Notes: generated by a model not told the origin, from the letters alone. Positions 12,948-27,451 are shown, numbered from the stretch's first letter. The stretch: DNA of 64,000 nucleotides from the human T2T-CHM13v2.0 reference genome, Homo sapiens (GCF_009914755.1 NC_060937.1); one strand, 5' to 3'. Translations and numbers: made by a program.

Positions 12948-13904
12948 ATACATGTGTAAAAGTTCAAGAACCATGCAAAGGTAGTCATTCACGGCTATTC
13001 TAAGGTATCACATGAGATATATTGTATGTTGCCCAATGCACATAGTAAAAACAGGAGTCCTCAAACAGTTCCATGGTATCAGATATCTAAGTGAACTGTA
13101 TGCACTGGCAAGTCTAAATAGAGAAAGTGACTGTTAAGAGGTATCTTTGAGAATGGTACAGTTTGACTATGTGACAAAAGCTTAAAAGGCATGAAGATAG
13201 GAAATGTTAAGGTATGGTTAAAAAGTAGAATAGGGTATTTGAACTGCAGCAGTGTTCATATACAGGTGTAATAAAAAATACAGTTGTGAAAGGTAAATTG
13301 TGGACTAATTAAGGAGGGCCCTGAAGTGCATATTAGAAAGGATAAATTTGATTATAGAAGCAAGTTTAGGTAAAATTTGATTTTAAAATATTTTCTTTTT
13401 GGAGTATATGTGGGAAAGTTTTGGTATTAGAGCTCTTTGAAGATGGGTCTTGGGTGGTCCAGGGTTAGAAAATAGAGTAAAGTGATACGGTTTATTCGCC
13501 ATCTAAGATGCCATCCTTAGAAAAATATAAAAAGTGAAGACCAATATTTATGTAGCAAATATTTATGGTAGTGCTACAAATAAAATGAAAACCTGGAAGT
13601 GATTTAAATACCTCACAACATGAGATTTATTAATAAATTATGTATGCCCAGATATCGTACCATTAAAAAAATGTTTATAAAGAACATTCAGTGATGTGGG
13701 GAGAAAGGAAGGTGGAGCTGCTCATTATATTTTAAATGCAAAATTCAAGCATAAAGCTCTACGTTCACGTATATGGTACTGCCTAAAACTTAAACATCAA
13801 ATCTTTCTTTTGAAACTTTTGGACTCAATCCTTACACTTCTTAAACAGAATATAATAACATTATTTATATTTTTGAGAAAGATTTATTATAACAAAGATT
13901 GGTA

Positions 13905-14395
13905 TTTGTGTTATATGCTAAGGCAAATGCTAAGCTGCTGTAACAAAGAGACAATAAAAGGTAAGAGCTTAAATAAGACAAGATTTATTTCTCTCTCATT
14001 TAATCATTTGGCTAATCGAGGCTCACTGAGTAGCTCCATCTCACGAGGTCATTCAGGGAACCAAGTTTCTTTTATCTTGGTACCTGACCTTTCTCTGGGT
14101 TTTTGGTTTTGGTTTTTGGTTTTTTCATGCATGATCAAGCTAAGTTGGTGCCATGCCCCTGTTCTAGCCCACAGGAAGTGGAAAAGAGAGCAGCAAATTC
14201 AAGCACCTTTATTTTTAAGGATGTGTAGCAAACGTTGCTCACGTCACTCTGCTCATATCTTATTAGCCAAAATTTGGTCACATGGTCATACAGCTGTATG
14301 GCAGGCTAAGAAAAATAATAGGCAGAGGGGCAGTGTGCTCTAAGACTTAAAGGAAGAAGGAGAGAAGGGATGGTTGGGGACAATAATCTTTTCCA
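13905..14395 (-). mobile_element. Old MaLR LTR (MLT1J-like)
   Basis: gctaagctgctgtaacaaa...gcttaaataagacaagatttatttctctctca...cactctgctcatatcttattagccaaaatttggtcacatggtcatac. Confidence 0.75.
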
Positions 14396-14949
14396 CACCT
14401 GCTGGAACACAATTGGTCCTCAAAGACCAACAGTTAATAAAGATTAACTGTTCCCAGAATACCTAAGTATGCTTTTTGTCCTTATGTCAGTATTGGAAAC
14501 ACTGTGGTGATTAGTAAACCAGTCACTGCTTTAGATTACTGGTAATTAAGCAACCAGATAGTCAAATTACAGCAAGAATAAATCTCAGACCACAAACTTA
14601 GGTGGGAATACGTAATTATATTCTTTTTTATCTTTAAATATTTTAAATCTGACCCCAAGCCCTGTGCCATCTGGATGGTAAGAAAGTCAATTTTTGGAAT
14701 TACTGGACAATTTTATCCTAACGTTGCATTTTTTTTTTTAAAGAAAACTACTTTGAACACACAGTGAAAACATGACAAGAGGCAGCATGTAGCCAAGTCT
14801 CTGCTAACGAGGTGAGCTGTCTCTCAGAAGACACTTGTGAGGGCCTGAAAGTCAAACAAACAAGAAGAAGATCTCAATAGTTTAGATCAGGGAAAACTTT
14901 CTCTACATCTTTGTCATTTTCTTGAAGATGAAGAAGTGTTGTAGCAATT

Positions 14950-15600
14950 TTCTAAAATGCTCTAGTTGACATCTTTATTAATGATCTTGTGGAGGCAGCA
15001 AATGGTACTTAAATGAAGTTTGCAGATGATGCTAAATTCAGAGCTGTTGCTAATACCAGTAAAGACAACAGAGTAATAAATAAACTCATGATGGTTAAAA
15101 ATACAAGGAAGGAAAAAAGGGGGAAATACAGGAAATGTCTGAAAGTGATACAGAACATGCATATTTTGTGATGTTATATGAAAGCTACCATCCCACCTGA
15201 AACCCAGCCCCCCAAAAAAGAGACCTACGTTAGGGTAAATATGAAGATACTGCTTCATGGGAGAGAAGAAATTTTCCCTTCCTCCTGACTCTGTGGAGAT
15301 GAACATAGAACAGCATGTCTAACTTGGCACCAAGTATTCAACCTGGAAAAGTCTGAGACTACAGAACAGATCTGAACTGAGAATCACCAAGGGTGATGCA
15401 AATAAAAAGGTTAATAGGGATAAATATTTATAATTTCAATACAAAAGAAACATCTGCAATTATTTGAAAGGTGCAAACACTATGAAGAAAAGCAATTATT
15501 TAGCTTCAGAAAAGGCTTGTACCTAGAAATAATGATGTTAAGTATGATTTTATTTCAAAAATATCAGGAAATTTTTTTCCAGCCACAAAAGCTATTAGAT
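14950..15600 (+). mobile_element. L3/CR1 LINE remnant (RT region)
   Basis: 14962 translates LVDIFINDL and 15013 translates MKFADDAKFRAVANT, matching the CR1 RT motif FNIFINDL...KFADDTKLGGVANT. Confidence 0.75.
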
Positions 15601-18600
15601 CTAAGCAGCAGATGCAAAGAACATTTTTCCAGAAACTTCCTTTCTGTGGGTAAGAGGAGAAGTAGTGAAAAGAATTCTAAAGTAATTTAAGAGAAAGCAT
15701 TAGCCCACCAGGGAGCAAAAAGCCAGGGGAAGCAGAGACCTGGAGCTTAGTAGCACCAACAGAGTCCTCTGGGAGCCTTGAATTGAGGAGCTGTGTCTCC
15801 AAGCTTACAAAGCCAAGGAAACATTTATTAAAAGCAAAAAAGGGAGGGACTCTGAGTTCCTAAATATCAGTAGAGAAGCAAGCTGGCTTCACCCCACACA
15901 CAGAAAATTAAAAACAAATATACAGTGCTGAGATTATCACCAGCAATATCTTAGAATTCAAATTATGAGGATTAGGCAGTTCATGGGGTCATAAAGAAGT
16001 AAAAATCGGACTTCCATATTTAAGATGCTCCTTCCCTTAATCTGCACAGCACCAAGTATTTGAAAATTTATCCCCAACTTATGGTTTGTATACTAGAAAA
16101 AGTGAGATTGAGGTGGACAACCAGCTTCCCTACCATCCTGGGTTCCCTGCCAGAAGCCCTGTCCCTGTCTCAACCCACAAGAAGCATCCAGAATGCGTGG
16201 AGAGAGATACCCCTGAAGACAGCCAGAGACTAAGGAGGGAGGGTGGAGTAACATTCCAAGTCCTAGAAACTCTACTCTGTAACTCAGCCAAAGGAGACAC
16301 CAAATCAAAGTTGCTGTTCAGCAGCCGCACGCTGGAAGAGCTTTGTTCCACAGGTATCCTGGATGCAAACTCCTAAGCAGCCCTCTTATACTACCAAGGT
16401 ATCCCCCTTTGGGATCTTCCTCACTCAGGACAGACAGCACTCTGATTGTTTGCTAGAATAGAGGCAAACCTGTGTTTAAGGTGCCATCTAGTACTGAAAA
16501 GGAGGCAGTGACATAGCAGGAAAAAAAAAAAAGAAAGAAAATCAGCAGGACCAACAGGTAGATTACAAAGAAGCTCTAGGCAAATATATCTAATTTAAAA
16601 ACAAGCTAGACAGAGAAGACTGGAATAAATAACCAATCTTTCAATGCAAAGACATAGACATACATCCACAAGAAACAAAAACAAGCAGGGAACTATGACC
16701 ATCCAAACGGACATAGAAAGGAACCTGTGACTGACCTCAATATGTGAGCTCTCCAACCAAAAATTCATAATAGTAGTTTTAAGGAAATTCAATGTTACCT
16801 GGAAAACCAATTCAGCAATTTATCAGAGAAATTTAAAAAAGATGTTGACATAATTTTTAAAAACCAAACAGAAATGTAAAAACTGAGAAACACATGTGCT
16901 GAACTAAATTCATTAGAGTCTCTCAATGACAGAATGCATCAAGCAGAGGAAAGAATCAGTGAGCTCAAAGACAGATTATTTGAAAATACGTAGTCATAGG
17001 AGTAACGGGAAAAAGGAATAAAAAGGAACAAAGATGACCTACAAGATATAGAAAATTACCTCAAAAGACCAAATCTAAGAATTATTAGTGTTTAAGAGAT
17101 TTGAGCAAGAGCAAGGAGTAGAAAGTCTGTTCAAAGAAGTAGTAACAAAAAACTTTCCAAAAGTTGAGGATATAAATATTCAGATACAAAGAGGTCAGAT
17201 TACACCAAACAAATTCAACCCAAATAAGACCGTCCCAAAGTACTTAATAATCAAACTCTTAAAGGCCAAGGACAAAGAGAGGATGCTAAAAGCAGCAAGA
17301 GAAAAGACATAAATAACATATAAAGAAGCTGCAATTTGTCTGGCAGACTTTTAAACAGAAACCATACAGTCCAGGAGAGAGCGGGACGACATTTTCAAAG
17401 TGCTGAAAGAAGAAAACTGCCATCCAAGCATACTATATTTAGCAAAGCTATTCTTCAAATCTGAAGGAGAAATAGTCTTTTCTAGACAAACAAAAACAGA
17501 GAATTCACCACCACCAGACTTGACTTACAAGAAATGCTAAAGAAAGTTCTTCAACCTGAAATAAGAAAACACTAATATGCACACACACAAACACACACAT
17601 ACACACACACACATTGAAGATATAAAACCCACTGGTAAAATTAAGTACATGGACAAACCTAGAATACTCAAATACTGTAATTATGAGGTGTAATCCACTC
17701 ATAATTCTAGTATGAAGCTGCCAAAAGACAAATCTATCAAAAATAATAATAGCTACAGCAATCTGTTAAGAGATAAGCAACAAAAAATATATATAAAATG
17801 AGAAAAATATATATAAAATGAGAATCAATAGTCAAACTGTGGGGGGATAGATTTGAAATGTAGAATTTTTCTTTTTTTCATTTGTTTCTGTTCTTTGCTT
17901 TGTGGTCTAAGATAAGCTGTCATCTCTTTAAAATAACACATATGTATATATGTATATTATATATACACATACACATTTATATATGCACACATATATGTTG
18001 TTTGGGGGAAGCCTTGTGGTAACCACAATGCAAAAACCTATAATAGATTTGCTAAAAATAAAGGCAACAAATTGGAACTTACTACCAGAGAAAATCACTT
18101 AGCCACACAGAAAGAGAGTAAGAAAGGAAGGAGGAGTTACAAAACAACCAGAAAACAAGCAACAAAATGGCAATAGTAAATCATTACTTATCAGCAATAA
18201 CACTGAATGTAAATGAACTCAGTTCTCCAATTAAAAAGACAGTGTCTGAATGGATAAAAATTAAGAGCCAACTACATGCTGCCTACAAGAAACCCACTTC
18301 ACCTATAAAGACGCACATAAACTGAAAGGGAAGAGGTGGAAAAAGATATTTCATACAACTGGAAACCAAAAAAGAGCAGGAATAGCTATACTTATCAGAT
18401 CAAATAGACTGAAAATCAAAGACCATAGAAACAGATAAAGAAGGTCACTATATAATGATAAAAAGGTCTATTTAGCAACAGGATGTAACAATTATAAACA
18501 TCTAAGCACCCAACACCAAAGCTCCCAAGTGTAAAACACAAACATTAATAGATTTAAAGGGGGAGAGAGACTGCAATACAGTAATGGTAGGGGACTTCAA

Positions 18601-18963
18601 TACCCCACTCTCAGTAATGGACAGATCATCCAGACAGAAGATCAACAAAGAAATATTCGAGTTAAGCTACACACTAGACCAAATAGTCCTAAATGACGTT
18701 TACAGAACATTTACCCAACTGCTGCAGAATACACATTCTTTTCAACAGCACATGGAGTATTTTCCAGAATAGACCATATCTTAGCCCACAAAACAAGTCT
18801 CAACAAATTCAAGAAAACAGAAATCTTATCAAGTATCTTTTCTGACCACAAAAGAATAACACTAGAAATCAATAACAAGAGGAACCTTGGAAGCTATACA
18901 GACACATGGAAATTAACATGTGTTAATTTCCCCTGAACAAACAATGGGTCATGAAGAAATTAA

Positions 18964-19149
<186 letters not shown>

Positions 19150-21438
19150 TGAAAATGGAAATAAAATACATCAAAACATATGGGATACAACAAAAGCAGT
19201 ACTAACAGGAAAGTTCATAGCAACAAATATCTCTATAAAAAAGTAGGAATATGCCAAATAAACAACCTAACAATGAATGCACCTCAAGGAACTAGAAAAG
19301 CAAGGAAAAAAAATTAGTAAAAGGAAAGAAATAATAAAGACCAGAGCAGAAATAAATGAATTTGAGACTAAAAACACAATAAACAATATCAACAAAACAA
19401 AAACTTGAGTTTTTGAAAAGATAAACAAAATGAACAAACCTGTAGCTAGCCTAAGGAAAAAAGACCCAACTAAACAAAATTAGAAATGAAAGGAGACATA
19501 ACAACTGAGACCACAGAAATATGAAGAATTTTAAGAGACTACTATGAAAAAATATACACCAACAAATGGAAAATAAATGGATAAATTCCTGGACACATAC
19601 ATTGAAGATTGAACCTTGAAGAAATAGAAAAACTCAACAAACCAACAATGAGTAATGAGATCAAAGCAGTAATAAAAAGTCTCCCATTGAAGAAAACTCC
19701 AGGACCTGATGGCTTCACTGCTGAATTCTACTAAACATTTAAAGAAGAACTAATACCAATTGTACTCAAACTCTTCAAAAGAATTAAAGAGGAGAGAATA
19801 CTTTTAAACTCATTCTATGAGGCCAGCATTACTCTTCTACCAAACCAAGGAAGGACATAACACAAAAAGAAAACTGCAAGAGAATATCATTGATGAAAAT
19901 AGATGCAAAAAATCCTCAATAAAATACTAGCAAGTTGAATTCATAAACACATTAAAAAGACTATTCACCACAATCAAGTGGGATTCCTCCGAGGGATGCA
20001 AAGATGGTTCAATACATGAAAATCAATAAATGTGATACATCACATTAACAAAATCAAGAACAAAAACCATATGGTTATTTTAATAGATACTGAAAAAGTA
20101 TTCAGTAAAATTTAACACCCTTTTATGGTTAAAAAAAAATACTCATCAAACTGGGTATAGAAAAAGCATACCTTAAAATAATAAAAGCCATATGTAACAA
20201 ACCAAAAGCTAACATTGTCTGAATGGGGAAAAATGTAAAACCTTTTATCTAAGATCTGAACAAGACAAGGGTGCCTACTTTCACCACTTTTATTCAACAT
20301 AATACTAGAAATCCTGGCCAGAGCAATTAGGCAAAAGAAAGAAAGAAAAGGTATCCAAAGTAGAAAAGAAGAAGTCAAATTAGCCTTGTTCATAGAAAAC
20401 ATAATCTTAGAAAAATCTAAAAACTCTATCCAAAAAATTGTTATAACTTTTAATCAAATTCAGTAAAGTTGCAGGATACAAAATCAACATACAAAAACCA
20501 GTAGCATTTATATATGCCAATAGTGAACAGTCTGAAGAGAAATCAAGAAAGCAATCCCATGTACAATAACTACACAGAAAATAAAATATCTAGGAATCAA
20601 TTTAGCCAAAATATGAAAGATTTTATACAAAAAAAAGCTATGAAACACTTATGAAAGAAATTAAATAGGACACAAAAAATGGAAAGATAGTCCATGCTCC
20701 TGGACTGTTAAAATGGCAATACTACCCAAAGCAATTCACAGATTCAATACAACGCCTATCAAAATACAATTTCTTCACAGAAGTAGAAAAAAGAAAATCC
20801 TAACATTTATGTAGAACCACAAAAGATCCCAAATAGCCAAAGCCATCCTGAGCAAAAAGAACAAAGCTAGAGGTATCATAACATCTAATTTCAAAGTATA
20901 TTACAACACTATAGTAACCAAATCAGCATGCTACTGGCATAAAAACAGACACACAGACCACTGCCAGCATAGAGAACCCAATATAAATCCATGCATTTAC
21001 AGCCAACTCATTTTTGACAAAGGCTCGAAAAGCGTACATTAGGGGAAGTACTGTTTCTTCAATAAATGGTGCTGGAAAAACTGGATATCCATATGCAGAA
21101 GAATGAAACTACACATGTGTCTCTCACCATATACAAAAATTAAATCAAAATGGATTAAGGACATATCTAAGACCTGAAACTATGAAAGTACTAGAAGAAA
21201 ACATTTGGAAATTGCTGCAAGACATTGATCTGGGCAAAGATTTTTTTGTGTGTAAAAGACCTCAAAAGCACAGGCAACCAAAGCAAAAATAGACAAGTAG
21301 GATTATATCAAGCTAAAAAGCTTCTGAAGAGCAAAGGAAAGAATAAAGAGGCAACCCATGGAATGGGAGAAAATATTTGTAAACTATTCATCTGACAAGA
21401 GATTAATAACCAGAATAAACAAGGAGTTTAAACTCAAT

Positions 21439-21443
<5 letters not shown>

Positions 21444-21477
<34 letters not shown>
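21444..21477. repeat. (CA)n microsatellite
   Basis: Pure ac run inside L1. Confidence 0.95.
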
Positions 21478-21478
<1 letters not shown>

Positions 21479-22558
21479 TATTCTGATTTTAAAATGGGTA
21501 AAAGACCTGAATAAACATTTCTTGAAAGAAGGCATACAAATGGCCAGCAGGTACATGGGGAAAAATAATGTTCAACATCAGTAATCATCAGAGAAATGTA
21601 AATCAAAACCACAATGAGATATTATCATCTCACTCCAGGCAATATGGCTTTTATTTTTAAAAAATAAAATAATTGATGCTGGCCAGGATGTAGAGAAAAG
21701 GGAATCCTTGTATACTGTTGGTAGGAATTTAAATTAGTACAGCCACTGTGGAAAACTGTATAGAGATTTTTCCAAAAACTGAAAGTAGAACTACTATGTG
21801 ATTACTACTGAATATTTACTCAAAGAAAAAGAAATCAGTATATCAAAAGGGCATCTGCACTCACATGTTTATTGCAGCACTATTAATAATTGCAAAGATA
21901 TAGAATTGACCTAAATGTCTAGCAATGGATGAAAAGATACAGAAAATGTGGTATATGTATGCAGTGGAATACTAACTGGTGACAGAAAGAAGGAAATCAT
22001 GCCATTTGCGACAACATGGGTGGAACTAGAGGTCATTCTGTTAAGTGAAATAAGCCAGGCACAGAAAGACAAATGTCACATGTTCTCACTCATATGTGAG
22101 AACTAAAAAAAGGGAAAAAAAATGGATCTCACAAAAATAGAGAGTAAATTAGTGGTCACAACAGGCCAAGAAGAGTAGGAGGAGATGAAAAAGAAAGGAA
22201 ATAAAGGTTTTTTTAATTAAATAAATTAAAGAAAAAGAAAGACAAAAGCAAGAAGGAGAACTAATGATTTTCAGAATTCCTCCCTCCAGTCTTGGAAAGG
22301 ATGAGCAGGAAAGACTCCAGTCATATATTATAGGAAATACTTAGAAGAGATCTCTGATGTCCTCTAAGAATTAATGCTCCTGTGATGGTAAGTAGCTGAT
22401 CCATCACAGTAGCAGGTGTACTGGGGATAAACCAATTTGTCTAGTGAATATTGATACATTCTGACAACAATGAACTTATGCGGTTGTAACATAATCTCAG
22501 TTGTGACAAGTTCTCCTCCCATCCCTTCTGGGTAGTTAAAATAATTACATAATAGAAG

Positions 22559-23330
22559 TGCTAAAGGAAAAAACTGCTTCTCTACTCACAACACTTCTGA
22601 CACCAAATGTGTGGGTTTTCTGCACCAAGAAATTCTCCGGTTGTCTGTGGACACAAGATGGTGTCCTATAATGTAATTCAATTCTGACATTAAAACCAAC
22701 TTAGCACAGACGCCATACATCAAGAGCTCAGTCCCTTAAGATTGCTCCCCACCTTAAGATGTCAGCCACAAATAGTTGATCCACAGGTTACCCACACTTC
22801 TGTATGACTTGGTTACAAATCAGGGGTTCCCACATCCCGTTGTTAGGTTCAATAATTTGCTATAATGGTTCACAGAATTCACAGAAACACTTTGCTTACA
22901 TTTACCAAGCATTACATTTGTATCCTTTATAAAGGATATTATAAAGGATACAAATGAGCAGCCAGATGAAGAGGTCCATCGGGCAAGGTCCAGAGGGATC
23001 CTCAGTTCATGAGCTTCTATCCTCTTGGAATGCAGGATGAGCACCCCAACATCTACGTGTCCACCAACCCAGAGCTCTCTTAACCTTGTCGTTTAGGGCT
23101 TTCATGGAGGAGCTATTACTTAGGCATGATTAATTAAATTATTGGCCTTTGGTGATTAACTCAATCTCCCAGGAGGTTGCAGGGTGGGGCTGAAAGTTCC
23201 AGCCCTCTATTACATGGTTGGTGCCTCTAGCAACCAGCCCCCATCCTGAAGCTATCTAGGGGCCCATCCAGAGCCACTTGATTCACGTAAACCCAGGTAT
23301 GGGTGAGAGGGGCTTATTATGAATAACATG
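22559..23330 (-). mobile_element. MER21A/B-like LTR
   Basis: ctactcacaacacttctgacaccaaatgtgtggg...aattcaattctgaca...aaaggatacaaatgagcagccagatgaagag...ggggctgaaagttccagccctcta. Confidence 0.85.
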
Positions 23331-23399
23331 ACAAATGTCCACTCGAGGACTTGACTGCCAAACACTCACATACACATACTTTTTCCATGCTTACAATTA

Positions 23400-24950
23400 A
23401 GCAGCAACAGATTTAGCAACTATGCAATGCAAAATACTGCCACCAAATATACCCCTTATAGAAGACATCAGTAAAAGGGAGATAAATCGTTAACTGCCAC
23501 TGCCTCCAGGCCCAAATCCAAGAGCTCTGAAAGGTCTATTCCTCCTCTACATCTTTTGCAATTCCATCTGGACAGTCTTTCAGTTATGCACTATTTTGTA
23601 AACTTTGCTCACTGCAAATAAAGTATGAAAGGCAACAGGAAAGCAGGGAAAGTTAGAATAGGTAAATATATACATGAAACAGTAAGGAAGAAAATATGAG
23701 TAAGAACGATAGTACTTATCTCTGAATTAGTGACAAAGTTACAGTATTTTAAATTTTCTTTCTCCTCTATTCCATGTTCCCAATCTAATCAGCCAGTACC
23801 TCAGCTTGTCAAGGTTCTTTACGTGGTGGGATTCTCCAAATCTTACTCAGAATATACAAGTCATTGGTAATCTTGCCTGTAGACGTTTACTGTAGTTTTA
23901 TCTTTATCACTGAATAAGGAAAAACTAGGAAACATCACTGAGATTTCCTGGGTTCCATGAAGAATTCTCCCTGACTGCCTCCATTGTACAAAAGTAACCC
24001 TATTTTTCGTTGATAATAAGGATCCATCACCTTAGTTAACATGGAATTCTTATTTTTGCCTGTTTTCCAGAGGAATGCTAGATGGCATTCTCAACTCATC
24101 TCAATCTCAACTTCCATCATTGTTGCATTTATTGACAGAAATATTTTTCTCTTGGTTACTAACACACTTAAACAAGGAGATTCCAAAGACAGAGAAAACA
24201 AAGGCTATTGGAGTAATTTGGTTATAGAGAGAGCTCAAGCTTCTACCTCCATAGAAGATTTATTTTAAGTCAGCTGTTTACAACCTGGAAGTGGGCCTTC
24301 ACCAGAACCGGACCATGCTGGCACCATGATCTCAGACTTCCAGCCCCCAGAACTGTGAGAAATAAATTTCTGTTCTTGATAAGCCACCCAGTTTCTAATA
24401 TTTTGTTCTAGCTGCTGGAGCCAAGAGTTATGATAGTGAGATATACCACACTCACTTCCACATCTGTTTCATAAACCCTGTGTTATGGCTATGAAGGAAA
24501 CAGCACCAGGTATTGGTCACTGGTTCACAGCAAACCTACATCTTAAACAGCACATGGGCTACACAAGGAGCTGTCCCCCAGCCAGAGCTGTAACTGAGTC
24601 TTAAATGGACCGTTCCACTGTGCTATTAGTCCAGCTGCTTCTGGATGGTAGAGTACACAGTAAGACCAGTGAATCCCATGGCATGGGTACATTGGCTCAT
24701 GCATTTTGCTTTGAAATAAATCCTTTGCTCCATAAACTCTGGCCCTAGCTCAGACCTTATGAAAGGCAATCATCCTACATTTTTCAACTGAGTGGTATCC
24801 ACTGGGATCTTGCCTCCATACAGTTCTTCTTTACCCTTTCCCAGACATGTTAGGGGTCAAAGGACATAATTCTTAAGTTTCTTCAGGATCACATAGCAAT
24901 CACAAGCATGACATTGCATCCCACCAACTTTGGTTCTGAGAGGCCAAACT
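23400..24950 (-). mobile_element. ERVL/MLT-int internal sequence with integrase remnant
   Basis: Minus strand ~24680-24588 translates HGIHWSYCVLYHPEAAGLIAQWNGPFKTQLQ, matching ERVL integrase HGIHWSYHVPHHPEAAGLIERWNGLLK. Confidence 0.75.
24270..24428 (+). mobile_element. MLT1A/B-like LTR 3' fragment inserted in ERVL-int
   Basis: gggccttcaccagaaccggaccatgctggcaccatgatctcagacttccagcccccagaactgtgagaaataaatttctgtt. Confidence 0.8.
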
Positions 24951-24962
24951 TATATAGCAGTC

Positions 24963-25115
24963 TCTCATTCATTCATTCATTCATTCACTCATTCGTTCGT
25001 TCTCCCTCTCTCCTTTTAGCCCTTTTTTTCTCATGTTCTTTTTTATTCTTCCTCTTTTCTTCTTTTTCTTCTAATTCTTTCTTCTCCTTCTTCACCTTGC
25101 ACTTTTCATTTTTGT
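24963..25115. repeat. (TCAT)n and CT-rich low-complexity tract
   Basis: tcattcattcattc then pyrimidine tract. Confidence 0.85.
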
Positions 25116-26011
25116 TAGTTCTAACCTCTATTTCCTTCTCCAAACAGAATGAAGCCCAATCCCCACTTAAGTTTCCCAAAGCAACGTTTTTCCTGGTTAA
25201 CTTTCAGGCATACTATGTCATAAAAAACTTGGCACATGCAAGAAGAAAAATAACCTTGAGAATATTACATTAAGTTATTCTTTCTACCATAAAAAAAATC
25301 AATCTTTGTCATTTGTCTTTATTTTAAGAGTTCAAGCTTTGATCTTCCACTGCAAAGATGTATGTATTTAAGCATCAGGGGAAGTGTTTGCAAATTCGCC
25401 CATACAATCTTCATAAACTTTCTCAGTTTCACCCTCTAAGATCATTTATCTTTCAAAATAAAAATCTTCTCTCAGAGCCATAGCCTTATTAGATAGTTGC
25501 ATTTTAACCAAGCATTTGATAGACTTTTTGTCTGTCTACATACCTATTTGCTTTATTTTGTTAAAGTGTTTATTTTCAAGAACAGATTTAAGTGTACATT
25601 TTAACCCTTTTGTATATTTTCTTATATCTATTGGGATTATTATTCTTGTTTTACCCTTATTTAACTTCTGTTGACAACTCATATTTTATGACATTAAGCT
25701 TTAGTAATAGATTTGTGTTGAAAGTAATCATTTCTATAGTCTGACATGTTTCAAAAACTTTGAAGCTGAGGCTTAAATGTTTTCTATGGACTGTCAAAGA
25801 TCTGTTTTTACTAACATGGTTTCATTGAAAAAATAAAGAATGGCTTTAAATATCAGCAAAGATTTTTTGAGTCATAAATGGAAATGCACAAAAGAAAAAC
25901 AATTTATTGCAAATAGTATGTGATGAGAAATGATCAAAAATGGAAGAAAATTTTCTGAGAATAAAAAAAGAGTGTTTTGAATATACTTTCACACACACAT
26001 ACTTTTCTCTA

Positions 26012-26142
26012 AGGTAATGTTCTTAATATCTTTAGGGTCTTGGACTCCTTTGATAATCTAAATAAAGCTACAGACTTTCTTCCTAAAATGAAACATATTG
26101 GCATACAGAGTCCATAGGCCCCAAGGTAAGAACCCATCTCTA
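26012..26142. mobile_element. Small hAT-Charlie-type MITE remnant
   Basis: gttcttaatatctttagggtcttggactcctttgataatct...aaagcta...ccccaaggtaagaaccc. Confidence 0.5.
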
Positions 26143-26841
26143 AGGAATATTAGACAATTAATCCAAGACAAAATGCCTTACTCCTTTTCTGCCCACAGTC
26201 CAAAATTCCACTTGTTGAAAGTCAGTATTTATCCTGAAGTAGAAGTAAGGCCAATATCCCCTGGGGTTTGACCTTCTATCCATTAAAACACAGCAGAGAA
26301 AGAAAGAATAAGTAAATGAATGAATGCATGGAAGCTCAATTCACCATTGGTGGGACTATATCAAATACTGTGTGGGCCTGATTAAAGTCATTCTGGGCAG
26401 AAGAGACAGCCTGAGCCGAGGGAAGAGGTGTGAAGTGCCATGCAGTCTATGGCAAATTACAAGTGTGAAAGGCCAGTACAAGAGACTGGACCCTTACATA
26501 GGTGGTGAGGCAGGGTGATGAATGTAATGATGACCTGACTGTGGAGAAAGGGTTTTTGAACAGTAACTGGCCAGCTTCAAATGCTAGATATCACCTTGGC
26601 CCTCCTAGAAGCAGAAACACCATCAGGAGATGGTTGCAGAAGTCCAAGACAAAGGTGATGAGAGACTGAAATGAGGTAGTGGGAGATGACATAGCAAAAA
26701 GAGAAACAAAACAAAAATTAAAAACCTCGAAAAACATTAGGACATAAAAAAGCAAATAGAAATGAAAAAGGCAATCTATCACCCTCGCTAGGAGTATTTA
26801 CATTTCACAGAGGATTTAAATTGTCGATAAACGGCTTAAAT

Positions 26842-26972
26842 ATCCCAGGACCACCCCCACTGAGGGCCTTGGGTGGTTTTGTTGTGCTGCAGACACAGCA
26901 CATAGCAGTGTGAGGGGAGAACATATTTTCTTTCCACTAAGGAACTACAGCTCAGGTTGACATCCAAGACTG
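26842..26972. repeat. Diverged ~130-bp direct repeat, copy 1
   Basis: Shares atcccaggacc, agggcct, gacacagcac, gtgtgag..gagaac and ggttgaYatccaagac in the same order with 28551-28678. Confidence 0.75.
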
Positions 26973-27030
26973 AAGCTTAGAAGCAGGAATATTTGGGGAG
27001 TGGGATAAAGAAAGGGGATTGCAAAGAGGT

Positions 27031-27377
<347 letters not shown>

Positions 27378-27420
27378 GCAAAAAGGTTTTTATACCAATA
27401 AACTTTCTTATAATCTAAAT

Positions 27421-27423
<3 letters not shown>

Positions 27424-27451
<28 letters not shown>
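27424..27451. repeat. (CA)n microsatellite
   Basis: Pure ac run. Confidence 0.95.

Noticed and set aside
13696-14343. 215-aa ORF, the longest non-L1 ORF
   Set aside because: Non-ATG start, largely overlaps an MLT1J-like LTR in AT-rich DNA, no recognisable domain; chance ORF
17783-17824. Short tandem duplications (aaaaatatatataaaatgag x2; similar ones near 57693-57738 and 59118-59152)
   Set aside because: Ordinary replication-slippage duplications in AT-rich DNA
24908-25273. Hydrophobic F/S-rich ORFs and K/E/R-rich ORFs (also 24985..25179, 49057..49258)
   Set aside because: Translations of CT/GA low-complexity tracts
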